Shown here: positions 1-9,476 of the stretch, piece after piece
Layout: every line of letters begins with the position of its first letter
Numbering within the stretch: position 1 is the first letter of the stretch
Sequence record: PP359570
Source: Escherichia phage ALITA
Strand: one strand, 5' to 3'
DNA length: 64,000 bases
Program-made: the position numbers and the translations under genes
The notes under the pieces: model-generated
Told to the model about the DNA's origin: nothing
What the model saw: only the letters and a program-made list of their open reading frames with translations
Database searches by the model: none

Positions 1-582
1 ACGTGAGCTACTAAAACTACGTTTCGACGAAGAATAACTTTTCGAAGACTTACTATAAGAGCTAATAGGGCTTGAGTAAGACTTACGAGCAGAGTAATCA
101 CTATTCACTTTTGTTGTTGACGGGCGTGAATACGTTTGTACACTTTGCTGCTTAATTGTGTTTTGTTTAGTGGTTGTATATTTATTTCCTTGTTTATCAT
201 AAAAACTATGCTTTTGTGTTGTATATGCTTTACTGTTAGTTGTAGGAGCAGCGTTGTTATTAATAATTGTTGTACTGCTACCACCATCTCTATAACCGCC
301 ACCGCCACTATTACCACTCAACATATGACCAAGAAGCATACCTGTAGCAAACTCACCTACACCAGAAGAACCACTGCCGCCTCCTTGCACAACAACTGTT
401 GAAGGTTGTGCAGGTGCTGCTTGAACAACTTGAGGTGCAGGTTGATTTACATATTGTTCATCTACCATCTGATTTGGTGTTTGTTGGTAACGTTGATTTT
501 GTACATTTTCAGAATCATCACAACCTACCAGCAATGCACTACCTAATACAACTGCAACAATAAAAGATTTAATGTTTTTCAT
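1..582 (-). CDS. putative lipoprotein (partial; gene runs past the window start)
   Basis: ATG at about 580-582 on minus strand; N-terminus MKNIKSFIVAVVLGSALLVGC = signal peptide plus lipobox L-V-G-C; Gly/Ser/Thr-rich low-complexity body; reading frame open to position 1. Confidence 0.5.
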   Translation of the reverse strand, partial: MKNIKSFIVAVVLGSALLVGCDDSENVQNQRYQQTPNQMVDEQYVNQPAPQVVQAAPAQPSTVVVQGGGSGSSGVGEFATGMLLGHMLSGNSGGGGYRDGGSSTTIINNNAAPTTNSKAYTTQKHSFYDKQGNKYTTTKQNTIKQQSVQTYSRPSTTKVNSDYSARKSYSSPISSYSKSSKSYSSSKRSFSSSR

Positions 583-775
583 TTGTAACCCTCTCATTTA
601 AAGTCTCAACACAATTTTTAAAATCCCTAGAGAAACAATACATCTGTTCTCCGTTCCTGTTGATAGTAATTGTATGGTTATCAATATATGTTGTCAAGAT
701 AAAAATCAAACAAAACAACCCTAGAGCAAAACAAATATTTTCAAACAGAATCCAAAGAACACGTAAAACCACCAT
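569..775 (-). CDS. hypothetical small hydrophobic protein
   Basis: 68-aa track ORF with a hydrophobic stretch; no recognisable motif. Confidence 0.25.
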   Translation of the reverse strand: MVVLRVLWILFENICFALGLFCLIFILTTYIDNHTITINRNGEQMYCFSRDFKNCVETLNERVTNEKH

Positions 776-814
776 CAGATCACCTCAACAAAGCCCCCGA
801 AGGGGCTTAATGAA

Positions 815-1792
815 TTAAGCAACAGTCTGGTCTTCTTTTTCAGGGAAGATTAAACTTGCAATAACACCCAACCCAAGAGTACCTAACACAATATACATAC
901 TGATCGTCGGATCAATGTGTGCTGGCAGGAAACTCACTTTTGCGTGCAGAGTTTCTGCAAACGGATGATACATCAGTTTTACACCCACAAACACCAGGAC
1001 TACGATAACTGCTTTCTCCAGATGAACCAAATACTTCAGTGCAACACTAAGAACAAAGAACAGAGCACGTAAACCTAAGATTGCACAAAGCATCGAAGAG
1101 AACACCAGCAGAGGTTCTTGTGTCACTGCAATTACTGCTGGAACAGAGTCTACTGCAAAGATTACGTCTACCATTTCCATTACAAACACACAAACCAGAG
1201 CCGGAGTTGCTACACGAACACCATTTTTGATTGTGAAGAACTTCTCACCATCCATCTGATCAGATACAGGGAACAGCTTACGAACAATACGAGTAGCCCA
1301 GTGTTTAGAGTAATCAATTTCTGCATCATTATCCCCAGCGAATACCATTTTAGCCGCACAGAAAAGGATGACAGCACCGAAGAAGATATTAACATACCAG
1401 CCCAAACTCAACAAGTAAGTACCTACTGCTACAAACACACCTCGGAAGACAATTGCACCTGCAATACCCCAAAGTAGAATCTTGTGCTGCAAGTGTGTGC
1501 TTTTAATACCAAAACTTGCGAAGACTGCCACAAATACTACTAAGTTATCTACAGAAAGAGATTTCTCCAACACATAACCACTCAAGAACAAGCTCGCAAA
1601 ATCAGCACCGTGTTGGAAGTATACAAAACCATAGTAGGCTAATGATACCCCAATCCAGAAAATTGACCAGCCAATTGCAGATTTAAATGAGATCTCTTTG
1701 TTTTCTCTGTGTCCAAAGAAGTCAATACAAATCGACAAGACTAAAATACCCACTAAAACAACCACATCAATAATTGGGAAACCCAGTTGCAT
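815..1792 (-). CDS. TerC-family integral membrane protein
   Basis: 325 aa, multiple TM helices, TerC-like LEKSLSVDNLVVF motif; AGAGGAG RBS upstream of ATG. Confidence 0.75.
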   Translation of the reverse strand: MQLGFPIIDVVVLVGILVLSICIDFFGHRENKEISFKSAIGWSIFWIGVSLAYYGFVYFQHGADFASLFLSGYVLEKSLSVDNLVVFVAVFASFGIKSTHLQHKILLWGIAGAIVFRGVFVAVGTYLLSLGWYVNIFFGAVILFCAAKMVFAGDNDAEIDYSKHWATRIVRKLFPVSDQMDGEKFFTIKNGVRVATPALVCVFVMEMVDVIFAVDSVPAVIAVTQEPLLVFSSMLCAILGLRALFFVLSVALKYLVHLEKAVIVVLVFVGVKLMYHPFAETLHAKVSFLPAHIDPTISMYIVLGTLGLGVIASLIFPEKEDQTVA

Positions 1793-1869
1793 TCTTTTCT
1801 CCTCTTTAATGCGGAGGACAATCCTCCGCTCTATGTCTTATACTATAAACTGTTTTTAAAGAAAGTCAA

Positions 1870-2118
1870 CTAGTTCAGTTCTGTAATTTTAAGTTTATCT
1901 TCTTTGTTAATGATAGGGAAAGCTACAGCATCACCTACGTCATCAATAAAGCAAATAGCAATACCACCTTCCACTTTGCTAATCTGACCATTAAAGGCAT
2001 GATACGGGGCAGGAACTTGATCTCCATCTTCAAGGAGAATAGCCTCGTAAACCTTGCCGATAGTACAATCACGAGTGTTTCTAAATTTTTCAAGCACTTC
2101 AACATTTACTTTACGCAT
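1870..2118 (-). CDS. hypothetical protein
   Basis: 82-aa ORF co-oriented and tightly packed with neighbours. Confidence 0.45.
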   Translation of the reverse strand: MRKVNVEVLEKFRNTRDCTIGKVYEAILLEDGDQVPAPYHAFNGQISKVEGGIAICFIDDVGDAVAFPIINKEDKLKITELN

Positions 2119-2132
2119 ATAAAAATCCTCTC

Positions 2133-2339
2133 TTATTTGTTAGATTGAAAGATACCACGAAGTACCGCAAGAATGAACGTCACACAGACTACACTCCAAA
2201 ACGTTACAGGAACATGATGCCAGTCTAAACCGATAATGTCAATCATATAGTTGTATGCTAAAAGCAGTAGCCAACTAGGGATTAACACAATCAAGAACAC
2301 AACAATAAAACAACCTAATACTGCTAAAACACCTGCCAT
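2133..2339 (-). CDS. small membrane protein
   Basis: 68 aa with two predicted TM helices. Confidence 0.45.
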   Translation of the reverse strand: MAGVLAVLGCFIVVFLIVLIPSWLLLLAYNYMIDIIGLDWHHVPVTFWSVVCVTFILAVLRGIFQSNK

Positions 2340-2348
2340 ACTTTCTCC

Positions 2349-3065
2349 TTATTTCAGTTTGTAAACAATTACATTTAAACCTTTGTTCACTAGAGTTTCT
2401 TCGATCATAAGTTTTACAATATTCCAAGAACCTCCAGCCAAACCACAACCAAGCATTGGTAAACCTACAATTTTACCGCCTGAAGATACAACATCGTCTC
2501 CCATACTATCTAACGCATTGTAGATAGCTTCATAATTCAGGTCACGCTTACCTTCCTCACGACGACTATAACCATATTGTCCATATAAATTATAAATTGT
2601 CAAATTGTTTTCTGTATATTTGGTAAACGTACCTAATTTTTTATAATCACCACGTTTAGTGGCACAATCTGCTTTAAACGCACCAGGCCACTTGCTTTTA
2701 ATTTTTGGTGCAATACCACTACCCATAGTGCAAAAACAGTTACAGCAGTGTGCTATAGCGTCTATATCGCCTCTCTCGGCTGCTGCTAAAAGATCACCGT
2801 ATACCTCAATGATACCTGCCGGATAACTTGTTACAATTTCATCTTCCCAATACATTTTCTCTACACCACCGATCAGTGCAAAGTTTTGTGTAATGCGATC
2901 ATCAATATAGTTAAGACCTGAAACATACACAGCGTATTCATCCTGTGCTGTAATACCTTGCACACGAATTCTTAAGACACCATCTTTATCTGTTGCTACA
3001 CGCCCAAAATCTTTTTCTGTAATATTGGTGATAGGATCTCCGAAAGTCATTACTTTATTAGACAT
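2349..3065 (-). CDS. macro-domain protein (TARG1/OARD1-like ADP-ribose-processing fold)
   Basis: Start moved to internal MSNKV (ATG about 3063-3065) just after the stop of the upstream gene; motif IAHCCNCFCTMGSGIAPKIKSKW resembles the AHC..(D)C.MGAGIA signature of TARG1-type macrodomains. Confidence 0.55.
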   Translation of the reverse strand: MSNKVMTFGDPITNITEKDFGRVATDKDGVLRIRVQGITAQDEYAVYVSGLNYIDDRITQNFALIGGVEKMYWEDEIVTSYPAGIIEVYGDLLAAAERGDIDAIAHCCNCFCTMGSGIAPKIKSKWPGAFKADCATKRGDYKKLGTFTKYTENNLTIYNLYGQYGYSRREEGKRDLNYEAIYNALDSMGDDVVSSGGKIVGLPMLGCGLAGGSWNIVKLMIEETLVNKGLNVIVYKLK

Positions 3066-3915
3066 AATAATCCCCTTTAACATTAGGTTTGTTGATAATG
3101 TTGCTTTCAAAAAATTGACGTAGGAAATCAAAGTTCTCTTTGTATTTTTCAATGTTATTGTAACCTTCTGCAAGGCAACCAAAGAACAGTTGTTCTACAT
3201 AATACAAAGGAAGTTGTGAAAGTGCAATTTTAAAATCAACTTCGCTTTGACTCATTAGATACTTAATAGGACGAACCAAACATTTAGCATCAGCTTCTTG
3301 CTTAATCATTTTAATAAAAGCTGCCAGATTATTGATATAGTTGAAGTTAAGTGCAGCTTCGGTGTTGGCTTCTGTACCTTCATACTTTGCAAAGTACAGG
3401 AAAAACGTATCGTTTTCAACACCTTCTTTGTCTAAAATTTCAATAAGTTTTTCTTCGTGTGTTCCTGTAATATTAACATCATCAATGAAAATCAGAGTTT
3501 TATTACCCCAGAAATCACGATTGATAGAGAAAGTGTCACCATCGATCAAAGCCTTACGATCTTCTTTGCTAAGAAATCCATAATCATTGATATAGCTCAC
3601 TTTACGATGAACGATATCCCACTCCACTGGTTTACCACCTTTGATAGAGATTAGGTAGTTGAGGTGATCTACAAAATGTTCAGATAACACTGTAGCTGCA
3701 TTTTTCACATAGTTATATGGAGATGGAATAACAACAAAACTTTCATTTACCAGTCGTTCTTCATACTTAGAAAAGAAACTTTCAGCCAGAATGCGCCCCA
3801 TTCTTTTTGCTGCCTGGTTACTACCAAACTTTAGTTTGGAATAATCTGCAATGTTAAATTTTGCTTCCTTCAGGTTAGTAAAAGTATTAGCAAAATGTTG
3901 AATTTGATTACGCAT
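3058..3915 (-). CDS. phosphoribosyltransferase (type I PRTase)-like protein
   Basis: KTLIFIDDVNITGTHEE matches the PRPP-binding loop (hydrophobic x4-DD-x-TG-T); stop abuts the macro-domain gene start. Confidence 0.45.
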   Translation of the reverse strand: MRNQIQHFANTFTNLKEAKFNIADYSKLKFGSNQAAKRMGRILAESFFSKYEERLVNESFVVIPSPYNYVKNAATVLSEHFVDHLNYLISIKGGKPVEWDIVHRKVSYINDYGFLSKEDRKALIDGDTFSINRDFWGNKTLIFIDDVNITGTHEEKLIEILDKEGVENDTFFLYFAKYEGTEANTEAALNFNYINNLAAFIKMIKQEADAKCLVRPIKYLMSQSEVDFKIALSQLPLYYVEQLFFGCLAEGYNNIEKYKENFDFLRQFFESNIINKPNVKGDYYV

Positions 3916-4564
3916 TAATAAGTTCCTCTTTTTTAAGTTTAGCCAACAAGTCTTCTGGATTAATAATATGACAGAACTTCATCCCTATGTCAACAGCTTT
4001 TCCATCATAAATCAAACTATCTCCAACGTGTAAAATCTCTTCTGGTGCGAGATCAAACGTCACCATTTCATCAAAAGAGAGTTTAAAAAACCTAGGATCT
4101 GGTTTACACAAGCAAAACTCGTCAGAAAAATGCATAAAGTCAAATGGTAATTTTGTTAAGCCAGAATATACAGCTAAGAAACTACCTGGTACAAAATTAG
4201 TATTGCTCTTAATACTCAAAGAGTAGGTTGAACTTAGCTCTTCCAACTTCTTGCAAAGTTCAGGATTCAATGTTGGAGGATGTTTTATAAACATTGCCAA
4301 ACAATCTCTTTTTAACCCATCCACTTTATCAAGATCAATGTTCAAACGAGTAGAAAGTGTTACCCAAGCATCCTTAGACGTTCCACAAATGCCTTTTTCT
4401 GCTTTTAAATCCAAGAAAGTTTTTACCTCTTTGTATACGGTAGCTGCTTCTGCCTCAGAGCAAGAGGCATACTCGGCAATAACCTTGTTGCGCTCTTCTG
4501 CATACAAAGGGTTAGCAGTAATAAGAGTATTCCATACATCAAAAGAAATATGCTTAACAGTCAT
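3908..4564 (-). CDS. HAD-superfamily hydrolase/phosphatase-like protein
   Basis: Start at MTVKH (ATG about 4562-4564, GGAGG RBS); HAD motif I-like ISFDVWNTL and motif IV-like HVGDSLIYDG; overlaps PRTase-like gene start. Confidence 0.55.
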   Translation of the reverse strand: MTVKHISFDVWNTLITANPLYAEERNKVIAEYASCSEAEAATVYKEVKTFLDLKAEKGICGTSKDAWVTLSTRLNIDLDKVDGLKRDCLAMFIKHPPTLNPELCKKLEELSSTYSLSIKSNTNFVPGSFLAVYSGLTKLPFDFMHFSDEFCLCKPDPRFFKLSFDEMVTFDLAPEEILHVGDSLIYDGKAVDIGMKFCHIINPEDLLAKLKKEELINA

Positions 4565-4566
4565 TT

Positions 4567-4722
4567 TTAATCCTCCGTCCAAAAGAATATCATCTGCTTA
4601 ATTTTATTGATTTCTTGATGTAGTAACTTTCCAGCATGTGATTGATCTTTAATATTGACAGCAAGAATTTCAAGTTCCGTTAGTTTTTCTTGGATAGCTT
4701 TATATTCATCATCTGTAAGCAT
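4567..4722 (-). CDS. hypothetical small protein (51 aa)
   Basis: Unlisted short ORF MLTDDEYKAIQEK... filling the gap, RBS-like AAAGGGGA upstream; coordinates approximate. Confidence 0.3.
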   Translation of the reverse strand: MLTDDEYKAIQEKLTELEILAVNIKDQSHAGKLLHQEINKIKQMIFFWTED

Positions 4723-4733
4723 TTTCTTCCCCT

Positions 4734-4925
4734 TTAGAATGGTAATCTTTGTATGTCACTTATCCCCACACCAAGAAGTCTAGCAATATCCTTATCTAAA
4801 AGCAACTCTTTTTGTTCTAAAATGTTAATCAGATCTCCTAATACTTCTTTAATGTCACGATCATTTTTAGCAACGTGACCACCTGCTGTATCAACTTTAT
4901 CTTTAAAAACAAAGTAATGATCCAT
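4734..4925 (-). CDS. hypothetical protein
   Basis: Track ORF 4734..4937; start moved to MDHYF which has a GGAGGG RBS. Confidence 0.4.
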   Translation of the reverse strand: MDHYFVFKDKVDTAGGHVAKNDRDIKEVLGDLINILEQKELLLDKDIARLLGVGISDIQRLPF

Positions 4926-4942
4926 AATACCCTCCATATAAA

Positions 4943-4967
4943 TAAAGGAGGCTTTCGCCTCCTTTTA
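4943..4967 (-). terminator. rho-independent terminator hairpin (GGAGGC-GAAA-GCCTCC plus T-run)
   Basis: Perfect GC-rich inverted repeat followed by TTTATTTAT on minus strand, directly downstream of the ATPase gene. Confidence 0.55.
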
Positions 4968-4971
4968 TCAC

Positions 4972-6132
4972 TTAGTAAGAACGACCACCAAACACATACT
5001 CTGTGTAGTTTTTACGTTCTTTGTTTTTAATAACAACTTCAATGTTGTTGCCTTTATCATCGGTGAACACAAAGTGATAACCGTCACCACCCATTGTACG
5101 GATGTGTTTTTCATCATACGTCAGCAAGATACGGTCTACACCCCAGTAGTAGTCACCTTCTTCATCTTTGTCTTCTACTGTAACGACCCCTTCCATTTCA
5201 GGAAGATGCTCTTCTCCTAGCTTATGGTCTACAGCTACAACATAACGATTACCGCTAAACAAACCCTGTGCTGTCATACCGTCAATATCGGTATCTGCCG
5301 AAACATCTCCTGTACGATCTACACCGTTAACTTTCAGGAGTTTAACTTCTTTTGCAGCATAGCGGTGTTCAGTAATACTGATACCCATTAATGCAAGTGC
5401 ATCAGAGAATTTGTCATTAGGGTAACGGTTAAGTTCTTCTACTAGTGACTGAACAATATCAAAGTTCAAGTCCACGGAAAGATTATAAAGCGTTTCAAAA
5501 TCTGGTAAAAAGGCTTTGTTCTCCAGATTTTTAGCCAGATAGTCATCCATAGTAGCTTTAGGTAGTTTCTTATAGCTAAAACTGTAGAAAATACGGCTAG
5601 GACGATTACGCAAAAATTCTGATACATAACCATCATTTTTAGTCAATACAAACAGCTTGTCATAGCCACCTACACCATCCAGCAGAGTAAGCAAACCATC
5701 CTGTGCATCTTTTTCAGCATACAGTTTATCAAATTCATCGATCATAATCATCACAGGTTGTGTGATTTTAGACATAAAATTGATAAAGCCTTCGCCATTA
5801 AAAGCACTACCGATAGAAATAGTAGGAATACCCATTTCACGAAGAGCAGAAGACAGCATTTTAGCTTGCAAAGTTTTACCACTACCCTTCGTACCCTCAA
5901 GGAGAACACCTGTGTTTTTACCTTTGCGGCTAAGGAACGTCTTGATAATACGTTCTGATTTATCATCAGTATCACCGTATGTTACTGAAGGGACTTCCAT
6001 ATCGTTTTTAGGATACAGGAAGAACTCACCACTTTGAGTAACACCTACACCAAAAGTTCCTGCTGGAATTTCTTCAATATCTGTACCAGATTTCTGACGC
6101 AGGAAGATTTGATTGCCGAATACTGTAAACAT
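4972..6132 (-). CDS. P-loop NTPase (AAA-like ATPase), paralog A
   Basis: Walker A GTKGSGKT, Walker B-like MIMIDEFDK; N-terminal ~250 aa paralogous to 21127..22254. Confidence 0.6.
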   Translation of the reverse strand: MFTVFGNQIFLRQKSGTDIEEIPAGTFGVGVTQSGEFFLYPKNDMEVPSVTYGDTDDKSERIIKTFLSRKGKNTGVLLEGTKGSGKTLQAKMLSSALREMGIPTISIGSAFNGEGFINFMSKITQPVMIMIDEFDKLYAEKDAQDGLLTLLDGVGGYDKLFVLTKNDGYVSEFLRNRPSRIFYSFSYKKLPKATMDDYLAKNLENKAFLPDFETLYNLSVDLNFDIVQSLVEELNRYPNDKFSDALALMGISITEHRYAAKEVKLLKVNGVDRTGDVSADTDIDGMTAQGLFSGNRYVVAVDHKLGEEHLPEMEGVVTVEDKDEEGDYYWGVDRILLTYDEKHIRTMGGDGYHFVFTDDKGNNIEVVIKNKERKNYTEYVFGGRSY

Positions 6133-6152
6133 AGTTTTCTCCTCTATTTAAT

Positions 6153-6623
6153 TTAGTCAGATTCCCAAATGTTGTCTTTCTTAACCCACATTCGTTGATT
6201 ATCTGAACCTCTATAACGTTTCGTTGTTGGTTGATTCATATCATACTTACCATCTATCACTATGTCAACCAGTTTTTTAATTTTCTCTGGAATTTCTTCA
6301 AAAAGATATCCTGTATATAAGACAATATCTTTTTTGTTTCCAAAACAATCTCTTACCTTCTCAAGAACATACTCTACAGTGTCAATGTTCTCTTTGTCAA
6401 GAGGTTCACCACCTAAAACTGTTAATCCTTTAATGAAAGGTCGAGATAAATCTTCCAAGATAAGATCTAATGTTTCAGTAGTGAACTCTTGTCCGTAGTT
6501 ATACGACCAGGCTTTCTGGTTAAAGCAGCCACGGCAACCGTGGCTACAACCGCTCACCCACAAAGAGCATCTTACACCATCACCGTTGAGCATGTCAACA
6601 GGTTCATATCCGGCGTAATTCAA
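6153..6623 (-). CDS. nrdG: anaerobic ribonucleotide reductase activating protein (radical SAM)
   Basis: 156 aa, Cys cluster CSLWVSGCSHGCRGC, immediately downstream of and overlapping nrdD. Confidence 0.8.
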   Translation of the reverse strand: MNYAGYEPVDMLNGDGVRCSLWVSGCSHGCRGCFNQKAWSYNYGQEFTTETLDLILEDLSRPFIKGLTVLGGEPLDKENIDTVEYVLEKVRDCFGNKKDIVLYTGYLFEEIPEKIKKLVDIVIDGKYDMNQPTTKRYRGSDNQRMWVKKDNIWESD

Positions 6624-8419
6624 AAATGTTTCTCCCTTTCTAGTACCTCTTGCATTTTACCTTTATTATAAGGGCGAGAGTTAGGGGCAGAAAGGTATCC
6701 TGACACTCTTCTGATTACAGATATAGATTCTTCCTCATGATTGCCACAACTTGGACACTCGAAGCCTTTAGCTGTTGCCTTAAATTCACCATGAAAACCA
6801 CATTTGAAACACTGATCTACAGGTTGGTTCACGCCAAAATAAGGAATTTTGTTGTAGGCATAATCTACAAGAGTTTCCAGTGCTTGCAAGTTATTTTTAA
6901 GGTTTGGTGTTTCTACATAACCTATGTTCCCACCGTTACTGATTTGTGCAAAACCTTCCTCATAATCCCACTTTTGGAACGGGGTAGTGTGCATCCACAC
7001 AGGTTGATGGAAAGAGTTTGTCAAGTAGTCACGATCAATAGAACCAGGATAGCGATCATTTAATGCTTTGGCAAATTTATAGCACAAGGATTCTGCTGGT
7101 GTTCCATACAAACTAAAAGCTAAACCAGAACGTTCTTTAAATGTGCCACAGATATCCTTCATATATTGAAGGATGTTTTTACCCATTGCTTTTGGATTGG
7201 TGTTACCTGGGTATAAAATCTCCATAGCTTCTGCTAAACCTACATAACCGATACTAATAGAGGCATAACCACCTTCAAATAGTTTACCAATCTCTTCATT
7301 AGCTTCTAGTCGAGCTAAAGCCCCTTCCATAAACAATGTAGGGTTTTGAGATGCTTTGGTATGTCTAATACGGTTAACACGTAGCATATGTGCCTTATAC
7401 GCCACCTCCATATGTTGTTCCAACAGTTCAGTAAATAAGATGCCCTTTTCACGGGACTCTGCTGCAATGATAGGTAAGTTTAAAGAAACTACGCCTAAGT
7501 TGAAACGACCATCATATTTTTCACCTTGCTCTGTTGCATAGTATGACAAGAAGCTACGGCAACCCATGCTTGTGACGCGACCATCTGAAGATCCTGTAAC
7601 TTCTTTATTTAAAGGTACAGAGATAAAATCAGGATAAATGCGTTCAGCACAACACTCCATTGCCAGTTGCTTCAAATCATAGTTTGGATCGCCAGCTTTC
7701 ATGTTAACACCATCTTCCAAGAAGAAGATAACTTTAGGAAACACAGGAGTTACCCTATCTTTTCCCAATCCTTGTTTGTGCACCATTAGGTAGTTTTTAG
7801 TGATCATTCTACCAAAAGCAGAGGTATCCAAACCTAAACTAATTGTTATAAAAGGTGACTGACCATTTACACTCATTAGAGTGTTCACCTGGTAGATTAA
7901 AGTTTGCATTGCATCATAGACCTGTTTATCTACCATACGCATAGCAATATCATAATCGCCAACATCGGCATATATTTTATTAAAACTTGCTTTAACGTAT
8001 TGACTAAGCCCAGTATCAACATGTGCACAAGTTTGTCCACCATATTGGCTAGAAGCTACTGCTTGAATAATTTGAGTTAGGACAGTAGTCGCTACACCGA
8101 TAGATTTTGGTTTTTCAATATGTGCATTACCAATACGGAAACCGTTCTCAAGCATATCTTGGTAATTTACCAGGCAACAATTAGTTAAAGGTGAGAGTAA
8201 ATAATCTAAATCGTGAATGTGACCATACCCACTTTTATGCCATTCTGCCAGATCTTCCGGTAAAATATGGGTCATTGCCATGTGCTTGCTTAGGATACCT
8301 GCTAGTAAGTCTCGGTGAGTATTAACAATCATTGCAGGTTTGTTTGCATTTTCACGAGTAAATTCTTCGGATGTTTGTTCGAGGAATCCGATTACATCCT
8401 CATATAGTTTTTGGGTCAT
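6620..8419 (-). CDS. nrdD: anaerobic ribonucleoside-triphosphate reductase
   Basis: ~600 aa; C-terminal glycine-radical motif RRVSGYLS and Zn-ribbon Cys pairs (CFKCGF...CPSCG); start set at MTQKL with GGAGG RBS; uninterrupted (no intron). Confidence 0.85.
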   Translation of the reverse strand: MTQKLYEDVIGFLEQTSEEFTRENANKPAMIVNTHRDLLAGILSKHMAMTHILPEDLAEWHKSGYGHIHDLDYLLSPLTNCCLVNYQDMLENGFRIGNAHIEKPKSIGVATTVLTQIIQAVASSQYGGQTCAHVDTGLSQYVKASFNKIYADVGDYDIAMRMVDKQVYDAMQTLIYQVNTLMSVNGQSPFITISLGLDTSAFGRMITKNYLMVHKQGLGKDRVTPVFPKVIFFLEDGVNMKAGDPNYDLKQLAMECCAERIYPDFISVPLNKEVTGSSDGRVTSMGCRSFLSYYATEQGEKYDGRFNLGVVSLNLPIIAAESREKGILFTELLEQHMEVAYKAHMLRVNRIRHTKASQNPTLFMEGALARLEANEEIGKLFEGGYASISIGYVGLAEAMEILYPGNTNPKAMGKNILQYMKDICGTFKERSGLAFSLYGTPAESLCYKFAKALNDRYPGSIDRDYLTNSFHQPVWMHTTPFQKWDYEEGFAQISNGGNIGYVETPNLKNNLQALETLVDYAYNKIPYFGVNQPVDQCFKCGFHGEFKATAKGFECPSCGNHEEESISVIRRVSGYLSAPNSRPYNKGKMQEVLEREKHF

Positions 8420-8435
8420 TAATCCTCCGTGGAAA

Positions 8436-8462
8436 ATAAAAGCCAGCATTAAGCTGGCTTTA
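8436..8462 (-). terminator. rho-independent terminator-like hairpin
   Basis: AGCCAGC-TTAA-GCTGGCT stem-loop followed by TTTTATTTT on minus strand, between the 316-aa gene and the nrdD RBS. Confidence 0.45.
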
Positions 8463-8508
8463 GGGTGGATCTTTATTTTAAATCTTTTTCGTAAGATTGT
8501 CCTTGATC

Positions 8509-9459
8509 TTAGTCAAGGTTTTTGGTAATACGTGTACAACCATCAGAAGTCAAACCGTCAACTTGAGTTTCCCAAGTGCCATGAATATTTCGGAACAATG
8601 TTGTTACACCTTTTGGTTCATTAATAATGATTGCCATAACAAGTTTAGGATCGATAACAGACATAATCTTTTCCTCAATACCCTCTGTAATAACATTATT
8701 ACGCACAATATTAATTACATCTTCTTGTACAGAAAGGGTACTTACGTTCTTAAGAGTATATACCTGCTGCGTAGTGTAAATGATACGAACATAACTTACA
8801 GAACGAGTAGGCACAGGTTTACGCGGTCGGCGAAAACGTGGTTTTGGTGAAGATTCAGTCTTACTTTCATTTTTTGAATAATACTCCTCAAACAGTTTAG
8901 TAAATGTTTTTACATCAACTACAAACCGATCTTTCCTATATGGAGAATTCTTATGTGCACCATTAATACCACTGTTTTCATCGAAGAAAGTAATGTTTTC
9001 TTCAGTTGAATATGTTAGATAATGGTCTGCATCTTTCCAATGTGGTTGTGGACAATGCGGATTACAAACGGAAAGCAGATAACTAATATCTTCTTCCGTT
9101 GCACTAGTATCCAGGAAACACGTATTATGCACAGTCAGTTCTACTTTTGCAACCATATCCATTTCTTTATCCTCGTTGGCAAGATATTCAGTACGAATAA
9201 TCTCCAGAAAACCTTCAGGTGTTACTTCCATAAATGTGTATTCAGGGTGAAGTTCCATATATTCAAATCCACAACCATCTAATTGCTGTAGGAAGTTAGG
9301 ATAGAAGAACAAATCATTAACACTGTGAATCAGATCATTGATTTCTGCTTCAGTTGTGTAACCAAAACTCTTGTGAATTGCTTCGTTAAGAATATGCAGG
9401 ATACCCATCTCTTCTGCTGCTTTTTTAACTTCCAGTTTATTAGCGTAAAATGCAATCAT
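8509..9459 (-). CDS. hypothetical protein with basic KPRFRRPRKP segment
   Basis: 316-aa ORF in operon context; no recognisable catalytic motif. Confidence 0.5.
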   Translation of the reverse strand: MIAFYANKLEVKKAAEEMGILHILNEAIHKSFGYTTEAEINDLIHSVNDLFFYPNFLQQLDGCGFEYMELHPEYTFMEVTPEGFLEIIRTEYLANEDKEMDMVAKVELTVHNTCFLDTSATEEDISYLLSVCNPHCPQPHWKDADHYLTYSTEENITFFDENSGINGAHKNSPYRKDRFVVDVKTFTKLFEEYYSKNESKTESSPKPRFRRPRKPVPTRSVSYVRIIYTTQQVYTLKNVSTLSVQEDVINIVRNNVITEGIEEKIMSVIDPKLVMAIIINEPKGVTTLFRNIHGTWETQVDGLTSDGCTRITKNLD

Positions 9460-9476
9460 TATGTTCTCCTTCTAAA

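Noticed and set aside
1118-1477. Antisense or overlapping track ORFs inside confident genes (for example 1118..1477 within TerC, 5751..6037 within the ATPase, 6737..7063 and 7356..7541 within nrdD, 10906..13269 within the helicase, 27109..27525, 50418..50672, 57538..57819, 59518..59808, 60420..60641)
   Set aside because: Each lies entirely within a longer ORF on the opposite strand or another frame that has recognisable motifs or better context; typical AT-rich spurious ORFs.
4937-4944. T4-type late promoter motif TATAAATA
   Set aside because: Single occurrence on the plus strand where all nearby genes are on the minus strand; it overlaps a terminator hairpin region. Most likely chance.
6620-8449. 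Group I intron in nrdD (as in phage T4)
   Set aside because: The NrdD reading frame is continuous for about 600 aa with the N-terminal, Zn-ribbon and glycine-radical motifs in one frame; no interruption seen.
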